From Anaerolineae bacterium (lineage in GTDB: Bacteria > Chloroflexota > Anaerolineae > Promineifilales > Promineifilaceae), in NCBI GenBank assembly GCA_019637635.1, contig JAHBVI010000004.1, positions 6,497 to 70,496 of the forward strand: a DNA stretch of 64,000 bases, written 5' to 3'. Within the stretch, counting starts at the first letter, position 1, and the number at the start of each line of letters is the position of its first letter. The notes beneath the pieces are model-generated. The model did not search any database and was not told the origin of the DNA. It saw only the letters and a program-made list of their open reading frames with translations. Positions 19,780 through 29,900 of the stretch are shown in pieces. The translations under genes and the position numbers were made by a program.

Positions 19780-20266
19780 CCACCAACACCTCATCCCGCG
19801 CTACCGTCTGCCCTGGCGTCACATGCACGGCCGTGACCACCCCACGCAACGGCGCTCGAATTTCGTTCTCCATCTTCATCGCTTCCAGCACCAGGATGGA
19901 ACTGCCCGCTTCCACGGCGTCGCCCACCTGCACCCGCATGTGCGTGATCAGGCCGGGAATGGGCGCTTTGACACGGCCGTCGCCGCTGCGGGGTCGGCTC
20001 ACCACTGCATCCAGGTCTCTAATCTCCAGCCGGTGCAGCCCGCTAAACGCCTTGATCCAGGTGAGATGGGGATCCATGACAAACTCATACGGCCGTTCAT
20101 CCACCACCAACCACTCCAACTCCCCATGCAACAGCGCCGCCTCCGGCAGCAGCACCTTCACCCGCTGCCCATCCACCTCCACCTCATAGCCCGACCCATT
20201 CGGCGACGGCAAATTCAACATTACATCATACGTGTGCCCGTCTATGGTGACTTGTAAGTTACTCAT
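19763..20266 (-). CDS. biotin carboxyl carrier protein of acyl-CoA carboxylase
   Basis: C-terminal biotinyl domain with EAMKMENEI (biotinyl-Lys in the AMKM motif). Confidence 0.8.
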   Translation of the reverse strand: MSNLQVTIDGHTYDVMLNLPSPNGSGYEVEVDGQRVKVLLPEAALLHGELEWLVVDERPYEFVMDPHLTWIKAFSGLHRLEIRDLDAVVSRPRSGDGRVKAPIPGLITHMRVQVGDAVEAGSSILVLEAMKMENEIRAPLRGVVTAVHVTPGQTVARDEVLVEIGNP

Positions 20267-20279
20267 AACGCCCTTGTTT

Positions 20280-20349
20280 CGTAACCCGTAATCCGTAAAC
20301 CGTAAACCGATTACGGATTACGCATCACGGATTACGGATTACCGATTCT
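20280..20349. repeat. inverted heptamer arrays (CGTAATC-type x4 then GGATTAC-type x6), hairpin-forming
   Basis: Ten consecutive 7-nt units read directly. The second half is the reverse complement of the first. Spans the BC/BCCP junction and supplies the BC stop codon (..RRIGNP*). Confidence 0.9.
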
Positions 20350-21813
20350 CCTGCTTTCCCGATGCCAACCCGTCGCCAACCGTTCCGGGGCCGCCGGGTC
20401 AAACTGCTGGTGCCGCCGGATATAGGTGATGGCGGCAATCACCGCCAGGTCGCGCAAATGGGGCGCGGCTGCGCCGTTTTCCAGGGCAGGTTCTTTGAGC
20501 GAGCCGGTGTGGTAACGGCCGTTCACAAACCCCTCCGCCTGTACAATCTGCTGCAATAACGGGATGTTCGTCGGAATGCCCGCCGCCGCAAAATCGGCCA
20601 ACCCCTGGCGCAGCCGGGCCATGCTGGCCACCCGATCCGGCCCCCAGGTTGTGAGTTTGGCAAAAAGCGGCGCATACGCCGCCGGTACCGGGCAACCACT
20701 ATAAGCATAGGTGTCTACGCGAATATCTGGCCCCGTTGGCAGCCGCAGCCGCGTTAACTTTCCCGGACTGGGCAAAAAGTGGCGCTGGGGGTCCTCGGCA
20801 TAAATACGGGCCAACATGGCCCAACCGCGCAACTGAACGTCCGCCTGCCGAAATGAGAGGGGTTCTCCCGCCGCGACGCGCAGTTGCTCTTGCACCAGGT
20901 CTACCCCGGCGCGCATCTCCGTCAGTGAATGTTCCACCTGGATGCGGGCTTTGATTTCGCTAAAGTAGAAACAGCCCTCATCCGTGACCAGGAATTCCAC
21001 CGAGCCGACATTTTGGTAGTGGAAAAGATGGGCAATGGCAACGGCCGTGTCACACAACTTCTGTCGTTGCGCTGGCGCCAGGCAAGGGGCGGGCGACTCT
21101 TCCACCACCTTCTGGTTGTGGTACATAATCGAGCCTTCTCGCTCGCCCAGGCAAACCAGGTTGCCGTACCGGTCGCCCAAAACCTGCACGCTAATCTGGT
21201 GAGCGGGCATGATCGCTTTTTCCAGATACACACGCAAATCGCTGTAGTCGGCCTGCGATTCCTGTCCCTGGCGAATGGCAGCCGCCAGCCACGTGGACGA
21301 CGGGACAAGACGAGAGCCACGCCCACGCCCGCCCTGGTATGACTTGATGACCAGCGGGTAGCCCATCATGTCGGCCGCTTGCTGCAATTCAATGGCATCC
21401 TCACGGCCGTAAGCCTCCGGCGAACTCTCTACCGTCAAAAAACCGGCCTCCCGCACCCGCGCCAGCGCCGCCAGCTTGTCCCGCGTCTGCTGCAAAATTT
21501 CCGGCGACGGCCCAATAAAGGTCAGCCCCGCATCCAGACACGCCTGGGCAAAATCCGCCTCCTCCGCTAAAAAACCATAGCCGGGATAAATACCGTCCAC
21601 CCCCCGCACCTGCGCCAATTGCACAATCGCCGGGACATCCATAAAAAAGTCCGGCGACTCCACACGCACACATTCATCCGCCAGCCGCACATGCAGCGAA
21701 TTAATATCGGAGGGATCGTAGACGGCCACGGCCGTGACCCCCATCTCCCGGCACGCCCGCACCGCCCGCACCGCAATTTCCCCCCGGTTGGCAATTAGAA
21801 TCTTGTTGAACAT
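20332..21813 (-). CDS. accC: biotin carboxylase subunit of acetyl/acyl-CoA carboxylase
   Basis: MFNKILIANRGEIAVRAVRACREMG N-terminus and ATP-grasp motifs. Start moved to ATG 21813; the listed extension lies in a repeat array. Confidence 0.85.
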   Translation of the reverse strand: MFNKILIANRGEIAVRAVRACREMGVTAVAVYDPSDINSLHVRLADECVRVESPDFFMDVPAIVQLAQVRGVDGIYPGYGFLAEEADFAQACLDAGLTFIGPSPEILQQTRDKLAALARVREAGFLTVESSPEAYGREDAIELQQAADMMGYPLVIKSYQGGRGRGSRLVPSSTWLAAAIRQGQESQADYSDLRVYLEKAIMPAHQISVQVLGDRYGNLVCLGEREGSIMYHNQKVVEESPAPCLAPAQRQKLCDTAVAIAHLFHYQNVGSVEFLVTDEGCFYFSEIKARIQVEHSLTEMRAGVDLVQEQLRVAAGEPLSFRQADVQLRGWAMLARIYAEDPQRHFLPSPGKLTRLRLPTGPDIRVDTYAYSGCPVPAAYAPLFAKLTTWGPDRVASMARLRQGLADFAAAGIPTNIPLLQQIVQAEGFVNGRYHTGSLKEPALENGAAAPHLRDLAVIAAITYIRRHQQFDPAAPERLATGWHRESRRIGNP

Positions 21814-21833
21814 CTCCACCTTCCTGAATAGGG

Positions 21834-21900
21834 TGGCAGGTTGCAGGTTGCAAGTTGCAGGTAAAAGCACTCACCTGCCACTTGCTACTTGCCACTTGCC
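21834..21900. repeat. inverted heptamer arrays (TTGCAGG x4 / ACTTGCC x4)
   Basis: tggcagg ttgcagg ttgcaag ttgcagg - 11-nt spacer - acctgcc acttgct acttgcc acttgcc. Lies at the CT/BC junction. Confidence 0.85.
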
Positions 21901-21907
21901 ACCCTCT

Positions 21908-23467
21908 CTACATCGGCGAAATCCCATGTTTGCGGGCCACGTGCCGCTCCCGTTTGGAGAGTGTCAGTTCCAGCGCCCGGATCAGGGTGCGGCGCGTATC
22001 GCGGGGCTGGATCACATCATCAATCAGCCCCCGCGCCGCGGCCACATAGGGATTGTTAAAGCGCGTCTCGTAATCTTCTACCAACTCCTGCCGTCTGGCA
22101 TCCGGGTCGGCCGCTTCCTGCACCTCTTTGCGGAAGAGAATGTTGACCGCCCCTTCCGCGCCCATCACCGCAATTTCGGCATTGGGCCAGGCGTAGAGCA
22201 GGTCGCCGCGTAACCCTTTGCTGCTCATCACACAGTACGCGCCGCCATAACTCTTGCGCAAAATGACCATCAGCTTGGGCACGGTAGCCTCACTGTAGGC
22301 GTAAATCAGCCGCGCTCCGTTGCGAATGATGCCGCCATACTCCTGGTCTTTGCCCGGCAAGAAGCCGGGAACATCTTGCAGGGTGATGATGGGCACGTTG
22401 TAGGCGTCGCAAATGCGGATGAAGTGGGTGGCTTTGATACTCGCCTTGATGTCAATGCAGCCCGCCAGCACCATCGGCTGGTTGGCGACGATGCCCACCA
22501 CATACCCATTGAGCCGGGCGAAACCCACCACCATGTTTTGCGCCCACAGTTGATGCACTTCAAAGAAACGGCCGTCATCCACCAAACTGGCAATCACCCG
22601 GCGCACCTCATACGGCTTGTGTGGGTCGGTAGGTACGATTTCTTCCAATTCCGGGCAGGGGCGGTGGGGGTCGTCGAGCGGCCGCATATACGGCGGATCA
22701 TCCTGGTTATTGCCGGGCAGGTAACTGAGCAGTTCCCGCACCCGCGCCAGGCACTCTTTATCGTCGCCGGTCAGAAAATGGCAGACGCCGCTCTCCTGGC
22801 TGTGCATCAGGCCGCCGCCCAACTCCTCAAACGTCACGTCTTCCTGCATCACCGCCTTCACCACCTGCGGCCCGGTGATGAACATGTAGCTCTTCTCCGT
22901 CATAAACACAAAATCCGTCAGCGCCGGAGAATAAACCGCCCCACCCGCGCACGGCCCCATGATGACGGAAATCTGGGGGATGACGCCGGACGCCTCACAG
23001 TTAGCGTCGAAAATTTTGGCGTATCCGCCCAGGCTGTCTACCCCTTCCTGGATGCGCGCCCCGCCGGAGTCGTTGATGGCGATAAACGGGCAGCCATACT
23101 GCAAGGCCATACGCATCGCTTTGGCAATTTTGTTGGCGTGCATCTCCCCCAACGAGCCGCCCATCACGCTGGCATCCTGAGACGCAGCCATGACGTGACG
23201 GCCGTTGACCAGCCCAAAACCGACCACCACCCCATCGCCATAACGTGACCCCTTACCACCCACATAGTTCTCATACCGGGGCAGCGCCAGGGAATCAATC
23301 TCCTCAAACGTGCCCGTATCAAACAGCAAATCCAGCCGCTCACGGGCCGTCAGCCGCCCTTTGGCGTGTTGGCTGGTGGTGTCCTTCTCCGTCCCCCGCG
23401 CCTGGCACTTCCGCTTATCCAATTCTTCCTTGTAGACCTGCATCTCTTTAATCATCTTCAACCTCAC
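21908..23467 (-). CDS. acyl-CoA carboxylase carboxyltransferase subunit (PccB/AccD5-like, fused beta-alpha CT)
   Basis: About 520 aa. Motifs include GRLTARERLDLL, GGARIQEG, GPCAGGAVYSPALTDF and GGAYCVM, typical of the propionyl/acetyl-CoA carboxylase beta chain. Confidence 0.85.
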   Translation of the reverse strand: MRLKMIKEMQVYKEELDKRKCQARGTEKDTTSQHAKGRLTARERLDLLFDTGTFEEIDSLALPRYENYVGGKGSRYGDGVVVGFGLVNGRHVMAASQDASVMGGSLGEMHANKIAKAMRMALQYGCPFIAINDSGGARIQEGVDSLGGYAKIFDANCEASGVIPQISVIMGPCAGGAVYSPALTDFVFMTEKSYMFITGPQVVKAVMQEDVTFEELGGGLMHSQESGVCHFLTGDDKECLARVRELLSYLPGNNQDDPPYMRPLDDPHRPCPELEEIVPTDPHKPYEVRRVIASLVDDGRFFEVHQLWAQNMVVGFARLNGYVVGIVANQPMVLAGCIDIKASIKATHFIRICDAYNVPIITLQDVPGFLPGKDQEYGGIIRNGARLIYAYSEATVPKLMVILRKSYGGAYCVMSSKGLRGDLLYAWPNAEIAVMGAEGAVNILFRKEVQEAADPDARRQELVEDYETRFNNPYVAAARGLIDDVIQPRDTRRTLIRALELTLSKRERHVARKHGISPM

Positions 23468-23471
23468 GACT

Positions 23472-23528
23472 ACAACGGATGGGGAAATGAGCGGATGAAG
23501 AAAATCCGTTCATTTCGCCGTCCGTTGT
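23472..23528. repeat. 57-nt imperfect nested palindrome at the PPTase/CT junction
   Basis: acaacggatgg..aaatgagcggat-gaagaaa-atccgttcattt..ccgtccgttgt. Outer and inner arms are complementary, with 1 mismatch each. Confidence 0.75.
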
Positions 23529-23530
23529 TG

Positions 23531-24205
23531 TCACCCCACCGCAATCGTCAACACAAACCCATCCTCCACCCGCCACCAGCCGGTTAAGGGGGGGGCAGGG
23601 CGGGGCAAACGGCCGTTATCACAGCGAATGGCAAAGGGCGTCCAGATTCCCGGCGGCTGGGCCACCGGCTCAATCAGGCAGCTTACGGCGCGGGTGTTCA
23701 CCGACAGCCCCAGGTGCAACGCTTTCAACACCGCTTCTTTGGCGCTCCACACGGCCGTTTCCCAAACCACCCGCTCCTGCCCCACCAGCCCATACCCCAG
23801 AGCAATCTCCGCCAGCGTAAAATACTCTTCGGCAAAGCCCACCGGGCGTGACTGGATCAATTCTATATCGGCCCCGATGGGAGCGTGTGCTCTTTCGGTG
23901 GCGGCCACAAAGGCACGGCCGTGTGCATGACTGATGGAAATGGAAAAGCGGTGATCGGTAATCGGTAATCGGTAATCGGGGACGCCATCCGCGTTGTTGG
24001 TGATCGTGATCATGTCCAGGGGCAGCGTCACGCCGTTCGTTTCCCAGATGACGGTTTGCAGCAGCCGCTTGGCCGTCCAGCGCCCCAGCAGCCAATCCGC
24101 GCGCCGTTTGTCCGTCTTCAACTCCTGAAACCGCGCCAATTCCGTCTCGGTCAAATAATCACATGCCGGAATCTCGTGGTGCGTTTGTGTCAACCAATGA
24201 ATCAT
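23531..24205 (-). CDS. Sfp-type 4'-phosphopantetheinyl transferase
   Basis: PPTase motifs IGADIE and WSAKEAVLKA. Size about 220 aa. Confidence 0.75.
   Translation of the reverse strand: MIHWLTQTHHEIPACDYLTETELARFQELKTDKRRADWLLGRWTAKRLLQTVIWETNGVTLPLDMITITNNADGVPDYRLPITDHRFSISISHAHGRAFVAATERAHAPIGADIELIQSRPVGFAEEYFTLAEIALGYGLVGQERVVWETAVWSAKEAVLKALHLGLSVNTRAVSCLIEPVAQPPGIWTPFAIRCDNGRLPRPAPPLTGWWRVEDGFVLTIAVG
23949..23979. repeat. heptamer array (CGGTAAT x4) inside the PPTase coding sequence
   Basis: cggtgat cggtaat cggtaat cggtaat. On the sense (-) strand it reads ATTACCG and encodes ..DYRLPITDHRF.. Confidence 0.9.
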
Positions 24206-24226
24206 GGTAATCAGTAATCGGTAATC
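24206..24226. repeat. heptamer array (GGTAATC x3) abutting the PPTase start codon
   Basis: ggtaatc agtaatc ggtaatc directly 5' of ATG 24205. Confidence 0.8.
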
Positions 24227-24276
24227 GTCTGTCGAGCAATAACCGGCATCATCGTTTTGAGAAACCCCTTCCCCCT

Positions 24277-24362
24277 GTCATTCCGAACGAAGTCTTCGGA
24301 GTGAGGAATCTCTCACCTGTACAAATGGGAGGGATTCCTCCTCGAAGACTCGTCGGAATGAC
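24277..24362. repeat. 86-nt imperfect inverted repeat (about 30-nt arms), REP/MITE-like hairpin
   Basis: gtcattccgaacgaagtcttcggagtgaggaatc ... gattcctcctcgaagactcgtcggaatgac. Intergenic between the KR-DH and PPTase genes. Confidence 0.7.
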
Positions 24363-24391
24363 ACGAGAAAGTTCACATTATTTTGTTAACG

Positions 24392-26959
24392 CTACAAAGT
24401 GACCTGGCCTGGCAATGAAACTGTTTTGTAGCCCGTCAGGGTCAGGTAAACAGCGCCTTCCGTGTCCACAACCTGAGCGTTGAACTCTTCGCCGCCGTTG
24501 ACAGCTTCCACAATGGCATACAGGCGACGGCCGTCCACCACCTCCCGCTCCTGCCGATAAACCGATACCGCGCCAATCGCCAGCGGCAGGGCCATCGTCT
24601 GCCGCTGCCGGATTTGCCACACACCGGCCGTCTGGAAGCACAGTTCAATCAGGCGCGGGGCCAACAGTTCCAGCGCATCCGCCGGATTCATGTTAGGCGG
24701 CAAATTCTCCGCCAGCAGCCCAATCGCCCGGCTGCCTTCCACCTGCACCGCTTCTAGCACCTGATACGCCGGGCCGTGGAAGTAGATGTCATAAATCGCC
24801 TCTTTGCCGATGTCCAGTGTAGCCGGTGGGGTGAAATCAACCGACGCCACCTCTGCTGGTTTACGACTCATGCACACTGTAGCTGTAAAGTGCAGTTTCT
24901 CCTGCAAACCTCCTTTCAATTCACGGCGAGAATGGAGGGCCGCATACACCAGCAGATCGTCGCCATCGGGCACGGCCGTACCGCGCAAATACAACGTCTG
25001 CGGTTCCATCCGGTAAAACTTAAAGGGAGCGTGGAACTGTTCGTTGAATACGGCCGTGACGTGATAATCCGGCGCGATGGTCTGGGCCAATTCCGCAAAC
25101 GCCTCCGTCCCCATCACCCCCGGCAGCAGCGGCGTCCCCTCCATGGCATGGTCATAGAGAAACGGTTGCTCCTTTGGGTCCAACACCGTTTCCACTTCCC
25201 ACCCGCCATACACCTTCGCCGCCGCCAAGCCACCAACCAACAAAAACTCCTCTGCGCCCCCGCGTCTCCGCGTTAAAATCCCGCCGCTTTCATCCCACTC
25301 ATCCACCAGCAAACCCAGTTTGCCGCCCACCAGCACCTCGCCGCCGCCTACCAGCAACTCCCGGCGTACAGTGGGAATCCCGGCAGCCGGTGGCAGCATC
25401 TCAATGCCCGCATACTCCATAATCTTGGGAATCGAGCCGCGTGTGGCCATGCCTATGCCGCCCCAGGCCGTCCAGTCAATGGCAATCGCCTTTGTCTCTG
25501 GCCGTGTCCGTTGCCGGCTGCTGGTGAGTTTGCACAGCAGGTCATTGGCCGCGCTGTAATCCGTCTGCCCGGCGTTGCCAAAACGGCCGGCTACCGAACT
25601 AAAGACCACCGTCGCCGCAACAGGCAAATCCTGGGCGGCGTGCAGCAGGCTGTAAAAGCCGTCCGCCTTGATGTCATACACCAGGTCAAACTGGGCGGCG
25701 TCTTTCTGGTTCAGCGCCTTGCTGATTTCAATGCCGCCGGCATGAACCAGCACGTCAATCCGGCCAAACTGCTGGCGGATTTCGGCCACGATCCCGGTCA
25801 GGGCCTCATGGTCGAGCAAATTGACGCTGCGATACACGGCCGTGCCGCCAACCTTTTCCACCGCCTCAATCGCGCTCAACGCCGCTTCCAACCGCTCCAC
25901 CGCTGCCAGCTTCTTCTCAATCATCACCGGCGTCGGCTTTTCACCCGCCACCTTTGTTTCTTCAATAAGCTGCTGCTTCAAGGCATCCTTGTCGGCGCGG
26001 AAAAGGGCAATTTGGGGATCGGCGCGGTCGGGTTCCGGCGTCAAGTCCAGCAGGTAGAACGTGCCGCCGCTGGCTGCGGCCAGGTCGGCCACAATGGCGC
26101 TGGTAATGCCACCCGCCGCCCCCGTCACCAGGAAAACCTGTTTGTCTGGCTGTGGCCGGTGTCCCCACCGAGCCACGTCGGGTGGCACGGTCTGAAGACC
26201 GGCCACAGCATCATAAGTTGCGGGTTGTTCCATCAAGGTGATGGTGTAACGGCCGTCCCGCCAATACCCCACCTCCACACAACCCGGATCCGCCAGCGTT
26301 TCGGCAATCAGAAGGTCGGCAAAAGCGGCCGTTTTGCGGCTGGCCTCAAAATCTACGGCCTTCACCAGGACGGACGGCCGTTCCCGTTTATACGCTTTGG
26401 TAAAGCCGGTGACGCCGCCGCCCAACGGAGCGATTGCCGGTTCCGGCCCATAGCCATGCAGCCCGCCCATTCGTGTGGCGGATACCAGGAACGCGCCCGG
26501 TTCGCACACCGCGTCATACAGCGCCCGCATGGTCACAGCCAGGTTTTTCACCCGCACCCGGTTCGCCTCCCGCCAGTCAGCCAGGGACATCGTCGCCAGA
26601 TCAGGCTCCACGTCCAGCGCGGGCAGCCAGTAGACACCCTGCACCGGCCCTTCGGCCAGCCAGGTTTGCGCCTGCGCTGCTACCGCTTCGGCAGCCAGGG
26701 CCACGTCCAGCAGCAGCACGGCCACGCCCAGCTTTTCCAGCTTTTTAACCAGCGCCTTACCCACGCCGCCCTCGTCCAGGGCCACCACCACGCGGCTGGC
26801 TTCGTTTAAGAGGACGCCGGTTGGTTTGCATTGGGTGAGCGACGGCCGTAAGGCGGGCATCGGTACGCGGCGGGGCATCGTGTCCGCATCGGCCAGGGTA
26901 TATTCCGGTTCAATTTGGGGAATCAGGGGTGGCGCAGTGGTCGTCTCCGGGGCGACCAC
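24392..26959 (-). CDS. polyketide/PUFA-synthase-type ketoreductase + PS-type dehydratase protein (pseudo-KR / KR / DH)
   Basis: Rossmann motif FLVTGAAGGITSAIV and KR catalytic YSAAND. DH motif LYDHAMEGTPLLPGVMGTEAF (HxxxGxxxxP). GTG start 12 nt after the megasynthase stop. Confidence 0.8.
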   Translation of the reverse strand: MVAPETTTAPPLIPQIEPEYTLADADTMPRRVPMPALRPSLTQCKPTGVLLNEASRVVVALDEGGVGKALVKKLEKLGVAVLLLDVALAAEAVAAQAQTWLAEGPVQGVYWLPALDVEPDLATMSLADWREANRVRVKNLAVTMRALYDAVCEPGAFLVSATRMGGLHGYGPEPAIAPLGGGVTGFTKAYKRERPSVLVKAVDFEASRKTAAFADLLIAETLADPGCVEVGYWRDGRYTITLMEQPATYDAVAGLQTVPPDVARWGHRPQPDKQVFLVTGAAGGITSAIVADLAAASGGTFYLLDLTPEPDRADPQIALFRADKDALKQQLIEETKVAGEKPTPVMIEKKLAAVERLEAALSAIEAVEKVGGTAVYRSVNLLDHEALTGIVAEIRQQFGRIDVLVHAGGIEISKALNQKDAAQFDLVYDIKADGFYSLLHAAQDLPVAATVVFSSVAGRFGNAGQTDYSAANDLLCKLTSSRQRTRPETKAIAIDWTAWGGIGMATRGSIPKIMEYAGIEMLPPAAGIPTVRRELLVGGGEVLVGGKLGLLVDEWDESGGILTRRRGGAEEFLLVGGLAAAKVYGGWEVETVLDPKEQPFLYDHAMEGTPLLPGVMGTEAFAELAQTIAPDYHVTAVFNEQFHAPFKFYRMEPQTLYLRGTAVPDGDDLLVYAALHSRRELKGGLQEKLHFTATVCMSRKPAEVASVDFTPPATLDIGKEAIYDIYFHGPAYQVLEAVQVEGSRAIGLLAENLPPNMNPADALELLAPRLIELCFQTAGVWQIRQRQTMALPLAIGAVSVYRQEREVVDGRRLYAIVEAVNGGEEFNAQVVDTEGAVYLTLTGYKTVSLPGQVTL

Positions 26960-26970
26960 CAGGCCACCCT

Positions 26971-29900
26971 CTAGGCTTTTAAATCCGACGGCTGCTCCAC
27001 AACAACTACCAGATCAGGCCGCATCTCCCGCACAAACCCCACCACCTTTGCCAGTGTGTTGTAGTCGCGCAGGCTCAGGTCGTCGCGGCGAGGGATGTCA
27101 AACTCTTGCCGGATCGCCAGGAACGTTTCTGCCTGTTTCACCGTGTCTACCCCTAAATCCGCTTCCAAATCCAAGTCCATTTCTAGCATGTCCGTCGGGT
27201 AGCCGGTTTGTTCGGCCACGATGGCCAGCACTTTGTCGGCGATGGGATCGGAGATTGGAGATTGGAGATTGGGAGATTGAGAGATTGGGGGGGCGACCTG
27301 CTCACTGCTCACTGCCTGCGGACGCTGCGTCTGCCGCTCACTTTTCACCAGATCGGGCCGCATCTCGCGCACAAACTCCACCACCTTCGCCAGCGTGTTG
27401 TAATCGCGCAGGCTCAGGTCATCGCGGCGGGGAATGTTGAACTCGGTACGAATCGCCAGGAACGTCTCCGCCTGTTTCACGGTGTCTACGCCCAAATCCG
27501 CTTCCAGGTCTAAATCCATTTCCAACATATCCGTCGGGTAGCCGGTCTGTTCGGCCACAATCGCCAGGATTTTGTCGGCAACGGGATCGGAGATTGGAGA
27601 TTGGAGAGTAGAGATTGGGAGATTGGGAGATTGAGAGATTAGCGGAGCGACTTGCTCACTGCTCACTGCCTGCGGACGCTGCGTCCGCCGCTCACTGTCC
27701 ACTTTCTGTGCGCCACCATTTGCCGGCACCGCTTCCACTTTCACGGGGGCGGGCTGTGGCGTCACGGCCGTCGGCTGATTATTCACCGGCCTCGGCTGCA
27801 CCTGAACTGACGCGGGCATAGGCGATGGTACGGCATACGGCTCACGGGCTACGGTAAACGGATCACGGATTACGGCATACGGATTACCGCCCCTCGTCCG
27901 CATTACCGGTTCCGTGCCATACTGCCAGGTGGAGGGACACGGCCGTTTACCCGGCGCACCCCTGGCTACAATGCGTAAATTCCGCTTTTCCACTTCCAGT
28001 TCCGCATAATCGTAGCCGCTGATGGCGTCCAGCCATTGCTGGTAACGCGGTTTGCTGTCCACCCGATCCAGCGCGCCGGGAATGCGCCGCGTCAGCGTGA
28101 GGGAAATTTGCGAACCAAAACCGGCGGCCAGATGCAGCGCGTACTGCACCGGATAACGCCCACCCCGGCTCAGGTTCAACTCGCCCAAATCGGGGTCAAC
28201 TTCTTTGTAATTGGGCACTGGCGGCACAATGCCGTGTTCCAGGATTTTGAGGGCGATCACATCTTCCACGCCCACGCCCATGGGATGGCCGGTGAACCCT
28301 TTGGTATTGGCCACCACAATCTCTTTGGCTGCTTCGCCAAAGGTTTGGCGCAGCGCCACTACTTCCGCCGAGGCCGAGCCGCCCCGCGCCGGGGTATACG
28401 TTTCGTGGGACATAAAGACCAACTGTGGCGCGATGGTGTAGCGATTCAGGCCAAAGCGGTATTCGGCAACAGTCATCAGGTCGTTCATCACCTGGGCAAT
28501 GTGATCCACGTCCAACCGCGAGCCATGAAAGGCGCTGTTGCGGGTTTCGCTGCTCAGTAGCTCCACAATGCCGCGCATCCCCCGCTCTTGCACCGCGTCT
28601 TCACTTTCCACCACCAGCGCACAGGCGCCCATGCCCAAGATGGTGCCATGCCGCCGTTTGTCAAAAGGCAGCGCGGCTTCTTCCACCCGGTCATCGGTAG
28701 CGGCTGCCCCCAGCGCCAGGAAACCGGCGCCAATCCATTCCAGCAGGTGGTCGCCGGTCACATCATCGGCAGCAATGACCAACACGCGGCGGCAACGGCC
28801 GTTCCTGATCCAATCCTCCGCTATGCCAATTGCCTGGGTGGTGCTGGCGCAGGCCGCATTCACCTGCGTATTGGGGCCGCGTGCGCCAATGTACTCGGCA
28901 AACTGGCTGTGCCCCATGGAGAGAATGCGGAAGATGAAGCGCCGGTCAAAGACATACGCCTCTCGCGCCAGCGTCTCACGCAGGTCATTGATGCGCCGCG
29001 TGATTTCCAGCAAGGTCTGGTTATCGGTGCAGGTTCGGCGCAGTTGATCCAGCATCTCCAACTGCTCGACGCGATTCTGGTAAACGTAGAAGCGTTCAAA
29101 ATCTTCCACAAACCGGTCACCGCCGGGGAAGGCGCTGGCAAAAATCACGCCCGTCTCGTCGCGCAATGACTCCGGCAGCATCCAACGCTGCGGCAGGTAA
29201 GAGCCATTGCTGGTATTTTTGTAGGTCATCACCAGGGGGATGCCCGCTTCGCGCAGGGCGTCCAGCCCGGCGGCAAAGGCCAGTTGCGTGGTCACATCCA
29301 GCGAATCCACCAGCTTTTGTGGCACGCCGTATTCGGCCGCCAGGTCAAAGGTTCCGGGACGGCCGGCCAGTTTGATCACGTCATCGCTGTTGTCAATGGG
29401 GGCAAAACTGCCACCGCCATTTTCGTCTTTGATCAGCCGGGTGATCCGCTTGCCCACCATCTTGCGCCGGAAACGTTCAGGGATCAGGTCTACAAACTGT
29501 TCACCCTGCAAAATGCGCCAGGCGTTGTCCGGGGCCATCACCGCCTTCTCCGCCCCCGGCAGCCCCAGCCCCGTGCCGCTAATGACGACGGAGCCGAGAG
29601 GGGGGTGGGCGCGGTTGTACGGCTGCGCCGAGATTGGAGATTGGAGATTGGAGATTGGGAGATTGGGAGATTGGAAGGCGTTCATTGGCTGCCCGGTTGT
29701 TTCCGGGGCTACGGCCGTAGCCATCCCGTTTGTTACTTTCATCACAGGTTCCTCCATTTGGTTAACTGAAGTAAGAGTTAGAGTCCCGGTTTTAATCTCT
29801 AATCTCCGATCTCCAATCTCTGTAACATAACCCGCCGCATACAATGCGCACAATGCCTGATTAAAAGCGGGCAGTTCGCCGGGTTTGGGATGGTTGGTCA

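Larger units (their letters stand above)
27000..27690. repeat. tandem 339-bp duplication encoding the two ACP-like domains plus linkers
   Basis: The [18 protein letters not shown] cores are offset by exactly 339 nt (27180 vs 27519). The units align throughout, with scattered mostly synonymous differences. Confidence 0.85.

Noticed and set aside
19763-21813. The idea that the 20280-20349 heptamer array split an ancestral fused BC-BCCP (PccA/AccA-type alpha subunit) gene in two.
   Set aside because: As far as I recall, three-subunit acyl-CoA carboxylases with a BC of about 500 aa, a BCCP of about 165 aa and a CT of about 520 aa are an established natural architecture, for example in archaea. 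The separation is therefore probably ancient, and the repeat merely occupies the junction.
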